A stretch of 64,000 nucleotides of DNA, from positions 1 to 64,000 of the forward strand of contig NW_024055494.1 of the NCBI RefSeq assembly GCF_902713615.1, written 5' to 3'. A program made the position numbers and the translations under genes. The notes beneath the pieces were generated by a model, which saw nothing but the letters and a program-made list of their open reading frames with translations, was not told where the DNA came from and did not search any database. Positions 25,453 to 37,800 of the stretch are shown here, in pieces. The stretch is from Scyliorhinus canicula (taxonomy: Eukaryota). Position 1 is the first letter of the stretch; each line of letters begins with the position of its first letter.

Positions 25453-26045
25453 GGGCAGCACGGTGATGCAATGGGTTAGCACTGTGGCCTCACGGTGCCG
25501 AGGTCCCAGGTTCAATCCCGGTTCTGGGTCACTGTCCGTGTGGAGTTTGCATATTCTCGCCGTGTTTGCGTGGGTTTTGCCCCCACAACCCAAAAGATGA
25601 GGGCAGCAGGGTAGCACAGGGCAGCAGGGTAGCATGGTGGTTAGCATAAATGCTTCACAGCTCCAGGGTCCCAGGTTCGATTCCCGGCTGGGTCACTGTC
25701 TGTGTCGAGTCTGCACGTCCTCCCCCTGTGTGCGTGGGTTTCCTCTGGGTGCTCCGGTTTCCTCCCACAGTTCAAAGATGTGCAGGTTAGGTGGATTGGC
25801 CATGATAAATTGCCCGTAGTGTCCTAATAAAAGTAAGGTTAAGGGGGGGGGTTGTTGGGTTACGGGTATAGGGTGGGTTTGAGTAGGGTGATCATGGCTC
25901 GGCACAACATTGAGGGCCGAAGGGCCTGTTCTGTGCTGTACTGTTCTATGTTCTATGTGCAAGCTAGGTGGAGTGGCCACGGTAAATTGCCCCTTAATTG
26001 GAAAAAAATATGAATTGGGTACTATAAAATTTATTTTAAAAAAAT
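25453..26045 (+). mobile_element. SINE A2 with a nested A1 SINE (about 25600-25957)
   Basis: A2 breaks after cccaaaagatg and resumes at atgtgcaagctagg. Confidence 0.8.
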
Positions 26046-26320
26046 AATAATCTTTATGACAAGTAGGCTTACATTAACACTGCAATGAAGTTACTGTGAA
26101 AAGGCCCTAGTCGGTACACTCTGGTGCCTGTCCGGGTAAACTGAGGGAGAATTCAGAATGCCAATCCACCTAACAAGCACATCTTTCGGGACTTGTGGGA
26201 GGAAACCCTCGCAAACACGGGGCAAACGTGCAGACTCCGCACAGACGGTGACCCAAGCAGGAATCAAAGACGGAACCCTGGCGCTGTGAAGCAACACAGC
26301 TACCCACTGTGCTACCGTGC
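26046..26320 (-). mobile_element. SINE A3
   Basis: Similar to 21290-21592. Confidence 0.8.
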
Positions 26321-26354
26321 CATGTTCACGGTTAACAGTTATTCGATTCAATAG

Positions 26355-26545
26355 GATCAGAATGTTACAGGCCTTTGAATGTGGAAGGAGCAATGTTAAG
26401 TCTATTCTGCCCATGGAAAAGATTTCAAATATTATTGTAACTGGAAACGTGCCGATACACATACGCTCAAGTGAGTGTTCCAGTGAACTGACTGTGAAAA
26501 GAGCTTCACCCAGTTACACAGCCTGCAGAACGATCATACATAGAG
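26355..26545 (+). pseudogene. Orphan ZNF leader-exon remnant (fossil fingers only)
   Basis: LNVEG..KRFQILL*LE..VFQ*TDCEKSFTQLHSL, homologous to 9360-9540 and 38770-38960; no finger array follows. Confidence 0.7.
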
Positions 26546-26576
26546 TAAGTCAGTGTGAAATATTTGGCAGATCTCA

Positions 26577-27210
26577 GGTGGGATCCTCCCATTCGGCGGC
26601 AGAGTGTCCACGGCGTCGGGAATGCCGTCGCGTTTAACGACAGCGTGAACGGCCCGCGGGGAGTACCAATTCTGGGCCAGTACGGCACTGGAGCGGTTCA
26701 TGCTGCTCCAGCCTCCCAACTGGAGCCCTCCGAACTGTGCGCCGCGCTAACCCGCGCATGCACGGTGGCCTCCCTCAACATGCCGGCCCCGATGCAACAT
26801 GGCGCTGGAGTTCAGGGGCCGGCGCGTGACAAATAGGCCCGGGGAGCGAGAGGCTGACCCGCAAATCGGCGGGCCCCGATCACGGGCCAGGCCCCATCGG
26901 AGCCCCCCCCCCCCCCCCCCCCCCCCCCCGGGTCGGAGCCCCCTCGCCCACAGGCCGCCCCCGACCCTGAGTGGAGAGTCCCCGCCAGCTGCCAGCAGGT
27001 GTGGATGGCGCCTGCGGGACTGCCTTTTCAGAGCGGCCGCTCGGCCCATTCGAGCCGATGAATCGTTGGCCCGGCCGCGTACAGCAGCCCGCAACCAGCA
27101 CCGCACCAAATGCACAGCGCCAATTCTCCGCGGAGCGCAGAATCACGTGCCGGCGTCGGGGCGGTGCGGTTGCAGGGATTCTCCGGCCAGGGGCTGGGAG
27201 AATCCCGCCC
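26577..27210. mobile_element. GC-rich MITE-like element with imperfect TIRs
   Basis: Left ggtgggatcctccc, right gggagaatcccgccc; internal poly-C; no coding capacity. Confidence 0.6.
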
Positions 27211-27974
27211 AAAGTACAATTTGGGGAAAAAGTGAAGTTGACCCATGTTGGGAATAATAATAATTTAAATAGAGAGACTGCAGAATACCACAGTAGAGAA
27301 AGTTGTGTGTGTCCTTGTACACGGACCACAAGTGTATTTATTACCTCACACTCCTCCAGATTGATCTCCATTTGCTTCTTTACTGCCCAGCTGATCAGTC
27401 TACCGATATCTTCCTGTAGTCTCCAACTTTATTCCTCACTGTCAATCACACACTGCAAATGTCTCAACCATGTCCCTTTGTGAAAGTCTAAATCATTCAT
27501 ATATACCACACAAAACTTGGAATCTTGTCCTGAACAATCCAGAACTCCGCTGGAAAGTCTTTCGATCACAAAAATACCTCTGAACCAATCACCTTTGCTT
27601 CCTGCTGCTCCAGCTGATGACATTTCCAGCGCAATGGCCGTGCCCTGGTTTTCCCAAATGGAACTGGATGTGTAATCCGCTGGGCTGGGATGTCCTGCCC
27701 TGTCTTTATTTATTTCATTATTAACATTATTAACCTCTCATTATCTAAATTTCCATTTCCCACTTTTATCTCCATCTGACCCAGTCCATGGCTTTCTCCT
27801 TTATTGTCTAAAACACATCAGCAACTTTTGTATAATCCTGGTGCATTCATTTCAGTCTAAATCATTGATATATACCAGAAAACTGTGGAGCCCCACCGGA
27901 AACAGACGTCCAGGCATCATTCAGTCCTGGATGTGACTAACAGCAGCAACAACAGCTGAATCCAAACACTGCTG

Positions 27975-28668
27975 TTGCCTGTGAACTTGCTGATGTCTGA
28001 GCAGGTTGTTTGACTGAGTGAATCTCCTTCCACACGCGGAGCAGTTGAACAGCCTCTACCAGTGACTCCCCAGTAACGTTTCCATGTGTGGGCAGCATGG
28101 TAGCTCAATGGATAGCACTGTTGCTTCACAGCTCCAAGGTCCCAGGTTCAGTTCCCGGCTTTGGTCACTGTCTGCACGGAGTCTGCACGTTCTCCCTGTG
28201 CCTGCGTGGGTTTCCATCGGGTGGTCTGGTTTCCTCCCAGTCAAAAGATGTGCAGGTTAGGTGGATTTTCCAGGCTAAATTGCCCTTAGTGTCCAAAAAT
28301 GTTAGGTGGGGTTACGGAGTTATGGTGGAGGTGTGGGCTCAAGTAGGGTGCACTTTCCAAGGGCCGGTGCAGACTCAATGGACCGAGTGGCTCCTTCTGC
28401 ATTGCAAATTCTATTATTCTGTTTCAGTGTGAAGTCGCTGGTGTTTCAGCAGATTCGGTTTACTTTTAAATGTCTTTTCACACTCACAACATTTAAAAGG
28501 TTTCTGATCAGTGTGAACAAGTTGGTGTGTAGTCAGGTGGGATGACTGAGTGAATTTCTTGTCACACACGGGGCAAGAGTACGGTCTCTGTCCAGTGTGG
28601 ACTCGCTGGTGTTGCAGCAGGTTGGATGAATCATTGAATTCCTGCCGACACATAGGGCAGCTGAACGG
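27975..28668 (-). pseudogene. Out-of-ORF 3' fingers (9-12) of ZNF-F
   Basis: Three intact in-frame fingers after the TGA at 28671-28669, then a SINE insert, then a last finger CSACGRRFTQSNNLLRHQQVH. Confidence 0.8.
28090..28420 (+). mobile_element. HE1-like SINE A1 inserted in the ZNF-F array
   Basis: Full-length copy. Confidence 0.85.
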
Positions 28669-29349
28669 TCACTCCCCAGTGTGAACTCGATGGTGTCTCA
28701 GAAGGTGGGCTGACCGAGTGAATCCCTTCCCACATTTGGAGCAGGTGAATGGCCTCTCCCCAGTGTGAACGCGTTGGTGTTTCAGAAGATCCCTTTTGCT
28801 TTTAAATGTTTTCTCACAGTCAGAACAATTAAAAGGTCTCTGATCAGTGTGAACAGATTGATGAGTCAGAAGCTGGGATGAACAAGTGAATCCCTTCCCA
28901 CACACAGAGCAGGTGAACGGCCTCTCCCCAGTGTGAGTGCGTTGATGTATCATTAAACATTTTTTACTTTTAAAGCTCTTCTCACAGTCAGAACATTTAA
29001 AAGATCTCTTGTCAGTGTGAACACGTTGGTGTGTCCGGAGGTTCGATGTCTGAGTGAATCCCCTCCCACACATGGAGCAGGTGAACGGCCTCTCCCCAGT
29101 GTGACTGCGTTGGTGGAACAATAAATCCTTTCTGCTTTTAAAGCTCTTCTCACAGTCAGCACATTTAAACGGTCTCTGGTCAGTATGAACATGCTGGTGT
29201 GTGATGAGGTTGGATAATGTAGTGGATCCCTTCCCACAAACGGAGCAGGTGAACGGCCTTTCCCCAGTGTGAATACGTCGATGAGTTTCCAATTCAGACG
29301 GGGATTTGAATCCTTTTCCACAGTCCCCACATTTCCATGGTTTCTCCAT
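28669..29349 (-). CDS. C2H2 zinc-finger protein ZNF-F, 8 fingers before a premature TGA
   Basis: [23 protein letters not shown]..; alternating finger types; ends TGE*. Confidence 0.8.
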   Translation of the reverse strand: MEKPWKCGDCGKGFKSPSELETHRRIHTGERPFTCSVCGKGSTTLSNLITHQHVHTDQRPFKCADCEKSFKSRKDLLFHQRSHTGERPFTCSMCGRGFTQTSNLRTHQRVHTDKRSFKCSDCEKSFKSKKCLMIHQRTHTGERPFTCSVCGKGFTCSSQLLTHQSVHTDQRPFNCSDCEKTFKSKRDLLKHQRVHTGERPFTCSKCGKGFTRSAHLLRHHRVHTGE

Positions 29350-29357
29350 GGTTATCG

Positions 29358-29472
29358 ACAAGTTATCAGGTGTAGGTGGGATGCAGATTTTAGGTCACTA
29401 TCAGATCAGCAGTGATGTTATTAAATGGTGGAACAGGCTCATGGGGCTGAATGTCCAATTGCTGCTTCTTGA
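29358..29472 (+). mobile_element. CR1 3' tail inserted immediately upstream of the ZNF-F ATG
   Basis: agatcagcagtgatgttattaaatggtggaacaggctcatggggctgaatg matches the CR1 tails elsewhere. Confidence 0.65.
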
Positions 29473-30127
29473 TTGCTGTCGTGCGAATGTCCTTATGTCT
29501 CTCCAACTTGCATCATCAGTTGAAGTCTGAGTACGGTGTCTCTCTGATGTAAATGCTGCAATTTCATTTCATGCTGTGTGATTGGTTAAAGCTCAGTTCC
29601 AGCTAACTGTGGAAAATTACTGAGATGTATGTGTCTTGGTGCTTTTCCAATCAAAGTGATTTTTATCATTTTTCCCCAAAGACAAAACAAACATTTCTCC
29701 TTCCATGTCGAAAGGCCGGTCCTGATGAATCAAGGGTCTCTGTGAGATCTTGACATGATGTTTGCATCTGCAAATATTCTGCAAAAGGTCATTGCATTGA
29801 ATTACTGTGAATATATTAAGACACAAACAGGCCATTCTGTCACAGATTCTGCTGCTGTCCATACTTGGCACAAATTTCCTACTGTCCCACCTATCTCATC
29901 TTTCCATGGTAATGAGTTGCACATTCTAAACCTGTAAGTAAATAAATTTGTCCGTATTGCCCCCTTTGATTTATTCGTAACTATCTTGGATTTATGACTC
30001 GTCGTTTATTGATCGTACCCGGTTTTAGACTCTCTCCCATCACCCCTCTCCAAACTACTGATAATTTACAAGATTTCTATCAGGTCACTGCTTACTTCCT
30101 TGTTTTCAATAGAGAAAAATAAAATGG

Positions 30128-30297
30128 ATGAAATGAAAATCACTTATTGTCACGAGTAGGCTTCAATTAAGTTACTGTGAAAAGCCGCTATTCACCACAT
30201 TCAGGCGCCTGTCCGGGGAGGCTGGTACGGGAATCGAACCGTACTGCTGGCCTGCTTTAAAAGCCAGCGATTTAGCCCAGTGAGCTAAACCAGCCCC
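30128..30297 (-). mobile_element. SINE family B
   Basis: Similar to 5407-5586. Confidence 0.85.
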
Positions 30298-30924
30298 TCT
30301 CCCACTCCACTCCATAATGCCCCACTCCATATAATATTTCCTGATCACTGTAATCTCTCATTTTACAAAAGTAAATGCAGGATAGAATTTGCAAAGAGAC
30401 AAATCTTTCTGTTGGGTTTAGTTTTTTGTGTAAATTCCCTACTTCTAACTCCCTGGAAAAGGAGTTTACAAAAGCCACCACTATCAGTCCAGGATAGAAA
30501 TTCTGAACAGGCAATTCTAGTTTCTCTGGAACATTTTTTTCTCTCGTTCCCCCAAAACTGTAAATCCCCGTCCCACACACTCTCCCTCCTCCCTGGGCTG
30601 AAATCCAAACCCATCTCTTTCCTCCCTGCCTCCCCTCTGTCTGGGTTCAGTTCTCCAGCTCCTGTTTGCAGACTGACAATAAAATCAATTGGTTTGGGGC
30701 CTTCAGCGGATGTTGGTGAATCCTCCCCGCCCACCTGACAGGGTTTCCTTCCTTGCCAGAGATCAGTGTCGTCATTGATTTGAGTGCAAAGTCTGAACTC
30801 TTATTTATTATCCCCCCTCCCCCATCCTGTGATGTGAACCACCCTCCAGTGTGGGAAGAAGGATGGTGCCCGTTAACCTGGGACTACAAACCAGGGAGCT
30901 GACAATGATTGTGACGAGGTTGCT

Positions 30925-31045
30925 CCAGCTCACAATGCCCGGGGACTGATTGACGGCGGGTTCGGACCAATAGAAAAGGTGGCACGGCTGGAGGACCGAA
31001 CGAGAGCAGGTTCCAGCCAATCAGAGTGAATGGGAGGCGGGAAAG
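30925..31045 (-). promoter_or_regulatory. ZNF-cassette promoter module, copy 3
   Basis: TGATTGACGG-N10-CCAAT, ctggaggacc, second CCAAT, GC box. Confidence 0.65.
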
Positions 31046-31249
31046 AGCTTCAGTGGACGGTTAATTTGGGCCTGTCTGGGATAAAAGCCCGCGCAATTTT
31101 TGCCGTCAAATGTCGTATCCGAGCATTCGGGGCTTACGGCCTGCACGGTGTGTTCATGAAGCCGTCCGACCCACCCGCCGACTCCCTCCCGGCGGTATCA
31201 GATCGACTGAGAATTTCCAAACGATCGCCTGAACCGGAGTTACTCTCAA

Positions 31250-31460
31250 TACTGCGCATGCTCCTGCTCACCATGCCCCGGGGAGTGATTGACAGCAGCC
31301 CCGGACCAATAGACAAAGGGGGCGGGACTGGTGGACTAGCGGGAGCAGCTGATCCTCCAACCAATCAGAGTGAATGAGGGGTGGAGCTGAGCCCGGACCT
31401 CATTGGCTGAAACTCTGCATCATTTTGAAGCTGATTTGTCTCAAACTCCAGGAGAAAACT
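31250..31460 (-). promoter_or_regulatory. ZNF-cassette promoter module, copy 4
   Basis: TGCGCATGC, TGATTGACAG-N10-CCAAT, three CCAAT boxes; extended homology to 1970-2180. Confidence 0.7.
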
Positions 31461-31989
31461 GGACCTTTCTGTTTGTGGCTTTAAACAGATGAGAGGAAAT
31501 GAAGGGATCTGGAAAGCAGCAGCTTCTTCATTTTGTTCCAGGAAAATGGGGCCTGTGGAATGTCAGGTTTTACACAGCACACGGTCAGCCTGTGGTTTCA
31601 CGCTGGGTAAAGAATCTACAAACAAGGCAAGGGAATAAATCATCAATGGTAGGACCCGAGGAAGTGCATGTCCATTGGTGGACAGGTTTACAGGGTGGTT
31701 AAAAAAAATATGGAATACTTGAAATAAATACTTAAACAAAAAATTATACAATACTTGAATAAAAGAGGCCTGGACAATTCCCATTCACCACCGCTCTAGT
31801 CTGCCTGGCTGAACTCGTTCTATTGCTCAACAACTTGACCGAGGAAGCGAGGGAAACGCGGTGGTCTGCAGGTTAGACTGAAGCAACGCGGTTTCAAGAC
31901 CCCTCTTCCCAGCATACTCCTGGCAAACGTCGAAGCGATTGAAAACAAGCTGGATGAACTTAACGCCAGACTTACCTCTCAGAGGGAAG

Positions 31990-32116
31990 CCATGATGTGG
32001 AGATGCCGGCTTTGGACTGGGGTGAGCACAGTAAGAAGTCTTACAACACCAGGTTAAAGTCCAACAGGTTTGATTCAAACACGAGCTTTCGGAGCGCAGC
32101 TCCTTCCTCAGGTGAA
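31990..32116 (-). mobile_element. 127-bp Penelope-like pLTR fragment (family 1) with a 13-bp target-site duplication
   Basis: tctcagagggaag at 31977-31989 and 32117-32129; homologous to 53461-53585. Confidence 0.75.
32080..32114 (-). ncRNA. Minimal type I hammerhead ribozyme motif
   Basis: Reverse complement CAC-CUGAGGA-A-GGAGC UGC GCUCC-GAAA-GCUC-GUG. Confidence 0.7.
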
Positions 32117-35100
32117 TCTCAGAGGGAAGTAAGAGACTGCTGTGTGCTCTGTTTCACAGAGACATGGCTCACCCCCGCCTCACTGGACTGCGCCATACAA
32201 CCTGAAGGCTTCTCTATTCACCAGGCGGACGGCTTGGCATCTTCAGGCAAAGCGAAGGGTGGAGGGGTTTGCCTCCTCATCAACTCCTCCTGGTGCTTGG
32301 ATGTGGTGACCCTGGTGACCTACTGCTCCCCAGACCTGGAATACCTGACCGTGAAGTGCCGCTCATACTATCTTCCATGTGAGTTCACTTCAGCCATTAT
32401 CTCAGCGGTCTACATCCCACCCCAGGCAGAAGTGAGGAAGACGCTGGATGAACCATACACAGTTGTAAACAATGACGAAACAGAACACCCGGAAGCATTG
32501 TTCATCGTGGCCGGAGACTTCAACAAAGCCAACCCAAGAGCGTACTGCCAAAATTCCACCAGCACATCTCCTGTCCCACCAGGGGCGACAGCACTCTTGA
32601 CCACTGCTACTCAAAAATCAAGGACGCCTACCGTCCCATCCCCCGACCGCACTTTGGGAAATCAGACCATAAGACAGTGCTCCTTCTCCCGGCTTACAAG
32701 CAGAAACTCAAGTGGGAGAATCCAGCTAAGAAGGTTGGCAGTGCTGGTCCGAGGAGACAGAAGAGCTCTTACGTGACTGCTTAGAGACAGTGGACTGGTC
32801 CATATTTAAGAACTCAGCGACTTAAAGAGTATGCCACCACCGTCACAGACTTCATCGGCAAATGTGTGGACGACTGCGTGCCAAAGAAGGCAGTACGTAC
32901 GTTCCCCAACCAGAAACCATGGCTCAACCACGAGATTGACTCCCTACTGAAGGACAGATCTGAGGCGTTCAAGGCAGACGACCCTGACCTATACAAGAAA
33001 TCCAGGTACGACCTCCGCAAACCCATCTGAGATGCCAAGAGAGAATATCAAACTAAGCTAGAGTCACAGACAGACTCTCAGTGTTTGTGGCAAGGACGAA
33101 ACAACATAACGGGCTACAAAGTGAAGCCAAGCAGTATCTCCGGCAGCAGCGCACCCCTCCCCGATGAACTTAATGCATTTTATGCTTGGTTCAAGCATGT
33201 AACCAACATTCTGCTGTAGAGTGCTCCAGCAGCCCATAATTCATCCATACCCACCATCACAGCTTCCGAAGTCCAATCGGCCTTCCTGAAAGTGAAACCA
33301 TGGAAGGTGACGGGCCCGGATGGGATCCCTGGTCGTGCACTCTGAGCCTGCGCATACCAGCTGGCAGAGGTATTCACAGACATCTTTAACCTGTCCCTAC
33401 TCCACTCCGAGGTCCCCACCTGCTTCAAGAAGACCACAATCATACCGGTACCAAAGAAGAACCAGGCAAAGTGCCTGAATGACTACCGCCAGGTGGCCCT
33501 GACTTCAGTCGTAATTAAGTGCTTCGAGAGGCTGATCATGAAGCGCATCACCTCCATACGCCCCGAACACCTTGATCCACTTCAGTTCGCATACCGCTGC
33601 AACGGGTCCACATCAGATGCCATTTCCCTGGCCCTGCACTCATCCCTAGAACATCTCGAAAACAAGGACTCCTACATCAGACTCCTATTTATTGACGACA
33701 GCTCCGCCTTCAACACCATAATCCCAGTCAAGCTCATATCAAAGCTCCAAAACCTAGGACTTGGCTCTCCATTCTGCAACTGGATCCTTGACTTTCTGAC
33801 CAACAGACCACAGTCAGTAAGAATGAACACCAACACCTCCTCCACAATAGTCCTCAATACCGGTGCCCCGCAAGGCTGCGTACTTAGCCCCCTATTCTAC
33901 TCCCTGTACACACACGACTGTGTAGTAAAACTTGGTTCCAACTCCTTCTACAAGTTCGCTGACGATACGACCATAGTGGGCTGGATCTCGAATAACGACG
34001 AGTCGGAATACAGGAGGGAGATAGAGAACCTAGTGGAGTGGTGTAACAACAACAATCTCTCCCACAATGCCGGCAAACGTAAAGAGCTGGTCATTGACTT
34101 CAGGAAGCAAAGTGCCCCCTGTCAGCATCAACTGGGCCGAGGTGGAGATGGTTAGCAGTTTCAAATTCCTAGGGGTGCAAATCACCAAAAATCTGTCCTG
34201 GTCCACTCACGGCGATGCTATCGCCAAGAAAGCACAATAGCGTCTATACTTCCTCAGGAAACTAAGGAAATTCGGTATGTCCACATTAACCCTTACCAAT
34301 TTTTTACAGATGATCCATAGAAAGCATCCTATCGGGCTGCATCACAGCCTGCTTTGGCAACTGCTTGGCCCAGGACCGCAAGGAACTTCATAGAGTTGTG
34401 AATAGCGCCCAGTCCATCACACGAACCTGCCTCTCATCCATGGACTCCATCTACACCTCCCACTGCCTGGGAAAGCGGGCAGCATAATCAAGGATCCCTG
34501 CCACCCGGCCTACTCACTCTTCCAACTTCTTCCATCGGGCAGGAGATACAGAAGTCTGAGAACACACACGAACAGACTCAAAAACAGCTTCTTCCCCACT
34601 GTCACCAGACTCCTAAATGACCCTCTTATTGACTGACCTAATTAACACCCTGTATGCTTCATCCAATGCCAATGCTTATGTAGTTACATTGTATATCTTG
34701 TGTTGCCCTATTATGTATTTTCTTCTATTTGCTTGAATTTTGTTTATTTCCCTTTTCTTCCCATGTACTTAATGATCTGTTGAGCTGCTTGCAGAAAAAT
34801 ATTTTTCACTGTACCTCGGTACATGTGACAATAAATAAATCCAATCCAACTTCTCCTTTAATTCATCCTACTTTCTCCAAATCAAAGGTAGCAATGGGTA
34901 CCCACATGGGTCCTAGCTATGCTTGATTTTTTATGGGGTATATGGATCATTCCTTATTCCAGGCCTACCCGGGTCCCCTCCCACAACCGATGACTATTGG
35001 TGCTGCTTCAATGCTCTCGTCCGGAACTGCAAAAATTCATGAACTTCGCTTCCAGTTTCCACCCCTTCATCACTGTGACCTGGTACATCTCAGACTCCTC

Positions 35101-35394
35101 CCCTCCTCTTCCTTTGCCTTGTTGGCTCCATTTCCGGCAATAGACTGTCTACTAATATCTATCACAATCCCACTGACTCCCACAGCTATCTTCGCACCCT
35201 ACACCCTGTAAGGACTCCCTCCCTTTCTCTCAGCTCCTCCGCCTCCGTCTCATTTGTTCCGATTATGCCACTTACCAAAGTGGTGTTTCAAATGTGTTCC
35301 TTCATCCTCAACCATGATTTATCACCTACAGCTGTTGACAGGGCCGTTAACACTGTGCGGTCCATCTCCCACACCACTACCCTCGCCCCGTCCC

Positions 35395-35570
35395 CTGTTT
35401 AGCACAGGGCTAAATCGCTGGCTTTGAAAGCAGACCAAGGCAGGCTAGCAGCACGGTTCGATTCCCGTATCAGCCTCCCCGAACAGGCGCCGGAATGTGG
35501 CGACTAGGGGCTTTTCACAGTAACTTCATTTGAAGCCTACTTGTGACAATAAGCGATTTTCATTTCATTT
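35395..35570 (+). mobile_element. SINE family B nested in Penelope
   Basis: Similar to 5407-5586. Confidence 0.85.
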
Positions 35571-36127
35571 CCTTCCAAGGACAAAGCTAGAATCCCTCTC
35601 ATTCTCACATTTCTCACCACCAGCCTCCGTATGCAAAGCATAATCCTTTGCCATTTTCACCAACGTCAACGTGATGTCACCACCAAACACATCTTCCTTT
35701 CACTCTCTCTGTCATCATTCCACAAAGACCATTCCCTCCAAGATAAACTAGTCCACTCCTCCATCATACCCAACACCTCTCCCATCACCCATGGCATCTT
35801 CCCATGCAATCGCAGAAGGTGCAACACCTGTCCTTTTACCTCTTCCATGATTAACATCCCAGGCCCAAAACATTCATTCCAGGTTTAAGCAGCGTTTCAC
35901 ATGCACCTCTTTCAATTTGCTCTACTGCATTCACTGCTCCCAATGTGGTCTCCTCTATATCAGAGAAACCAAATGTAGACCTTCGGTCTGTGCGCATTCA
36001 GGTCCCTGACCTTTCTGTTGATTGCCATTTTAACACAAGACCCTGTTCCTATGCCCACCTATCTGTCCTTGGCCTGCTGCAATATTCCAGTGATGCTCAA
36101 CGCAAACTGGATGAACAGCATCTCATC

Positions 36128-36326
36128 AGTCCAAAGATGTGCGGGTTAGGTGGATTGGCCATGCTAAATTGCCCGTAGTGTCCTAAAAAGTAAGGTTAAG
36201 GGGGGGGGGGGGGGTTGTTGGGTTACGGGTATAGGGTGGATACGTGGGTTTGAGTAGGGTGATCATGGCTCGGCGCAACATCGAGGGCCGAAGGGCCTGT
36301 TCTGTGCTGTACTGTTCTATGTTCTA
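36128..36326 (+). mobile_element. 5'-truncated SINE A1 nested in Penelope
   Basis: Near-identical to 25770-25957. Confidence 0.8.
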
Positions 36327-36504
36327 TCTTCTGGTTAGACATGCTACAGCCTTCCGATCTCTACATTGAATTCAACAACTTCAGATGATTCGCTCTCACC
36401 CACCTCGACCCCTTTGTTTTCATTCCATTTCATTTTAATTGCCTTTTACCTTTTATTTCTTTGTCTTTATATATATTTCCCCCTATCTGATCCCCCCCTC
36501 TCCC

Positions 36505-36742
36505 ACTGTTACCAGATTCCTAAAGGACCCTCTTATGGACTGACCTCAGTAACACAACACCCCTGAATGCTTCATCTGATGCCGGTGCTTATGTAGTTAC
36601 ATTATTTACCTTGTGTTGCCCTATTATGTATTTTCTTTTATTTCTTTTCTTTTCATGTACTTAATGATCTGTTGAGCTGCTTGCAGAAAAATACTTTTCA
36701 CTGTACGTCAGTACGCGTGACAATAAACAAATCCAATCCAAT
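36505..36742 (+). mobile_element. Rex1 3' end fragment nested in Penelope
   Basis: Homologous to 34597-34850. Confidence 0.8.
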
Positions 36743-37439
36743 TCTTCCCCCCTTCACCTCATTTTACTTCTCTCCCTGTCGTGTCTCCCCTTCCCTCAAC
36801 ATCTACATCTGTCACAACATACTCTCCGATTTTAGTTTCTCTGCTATTTGCCCTTTTATTTTCTCTGGGGACTGCCATTTTCATAGAATTAGCAGTGCAG
36901 GAGAAGGCTATTCGGCGCATCGAGTCTGCACCAGCCTTTGTAAAGACCACCCTAATTAAGCCCATGCCTCCAACCTATCCCCATAAGCCGACGAACATTT
37001 TGGACACAAAGGGGCAATTTAGCATAACCAATCCACTTAACCTGAACATTTTAGCACTCTTTTCCCTTGGTTTCTGTGGTTATGACTCATCTTTCATTTC
37101 CTCACCCTACAGTTAAATATCTTCCACTTTCAACGGCTTTTCGCTTTGACAAAGGGGCATCTGGGCTCTTTTTTCTCCTTACAAATGCTGCCAGACCTTT
37201 TGAACTTTTCCAACATTTTCTCTTTGTTTCAGATTCCAGCATCCATAGCAATTTGCTTTTGTTTAGAACAGCCATTTAAATCACTTTGGGATATAGAGCA
37301 TAACACAACACCCATTTACACGAATTTGTGTTTTATCTCAACGATGTAACAAAATACATCTTCTACTGCCTATTTGGAGTTTCAATGGTGCTGTTATTAC
37401 CCAACATACCCAGCGTTTGTGAATCTGCCCTGATCACTC

Positions 37440-37800
37440 CCCAGGAGCCCAGTACGCAGGAGCAATGTTGTATCTAGAGCATGCGCAGTTTCACTTTGCT
37501 CCGAGAACTGCGAGTGCGGGAGAGGCTTTTTTCGGCAGGTGAGGGTCGCTGGGGCGGAGAGAGGAATGGAGCCGGAAGGTGGGGTGGGGTGGGGAGGGAG
37601 CCCAGACTTCATAAACACCTGGTGCAGGTTGCAAGCCCCGTCAGAAGCCTGCACGTCAGATGCTTTGTGCTCCAGGGCTTTTTCCCCGGGAACAGGCCCG
37701 GGTTAACGGCCGCCATCTTGTTTGGGCAGGCAGCGTAGCGCATGCGCGGAACGGCCGGACGAGTGGGCGGGGCCTCAGGGTCCCAGTGACCCGGATGGTG
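37440..37800 (+). promoter_or_regulatory. Leader/promoter region of ZNF-G
   Basis: GCATGCGCA 37479, cttcataaacacc, YY1 CCGCCATCTT, GCGCATGCGC 37738, GC box. Confidence 0.6.

Larger units (their letters stand above)
31785..34850 (+). mobile_element. Rex1/Babar-clade LINE, near full length, degenerate
   Basis: PSILLANV..IENKLDEL, CVLCFTETWL, IVAGDFN (APE); [42 protein letters not shown] (RT); tail gtgacaataaataaatccaatccaa. Confidence 0.9.
34860..37270 (+). mobile_element. Penelope-like retroelement (RT and GIY-YIG remnants, pLTR family 2) with nested inserts
   Basis: VAMGTHMGPSYA RT motif; CNRRRCNTCPF..F.C....YCI.C..CGLLYI.ETK GIY-YIG region at 35800-35980; terminal at 37140-37265. Confidence 0.85.

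Noticed and set aside
26747-27483. Overlapping 120-170 aa ORFs
   Set aside because: GC-rich MITE-like sequence poor in stop codons, no protein motifs
31997-32776. 259-aa ORF as a gene
   Set aside because: Chimera of a Penelope insert and the broken Rex1 endonuclease frame
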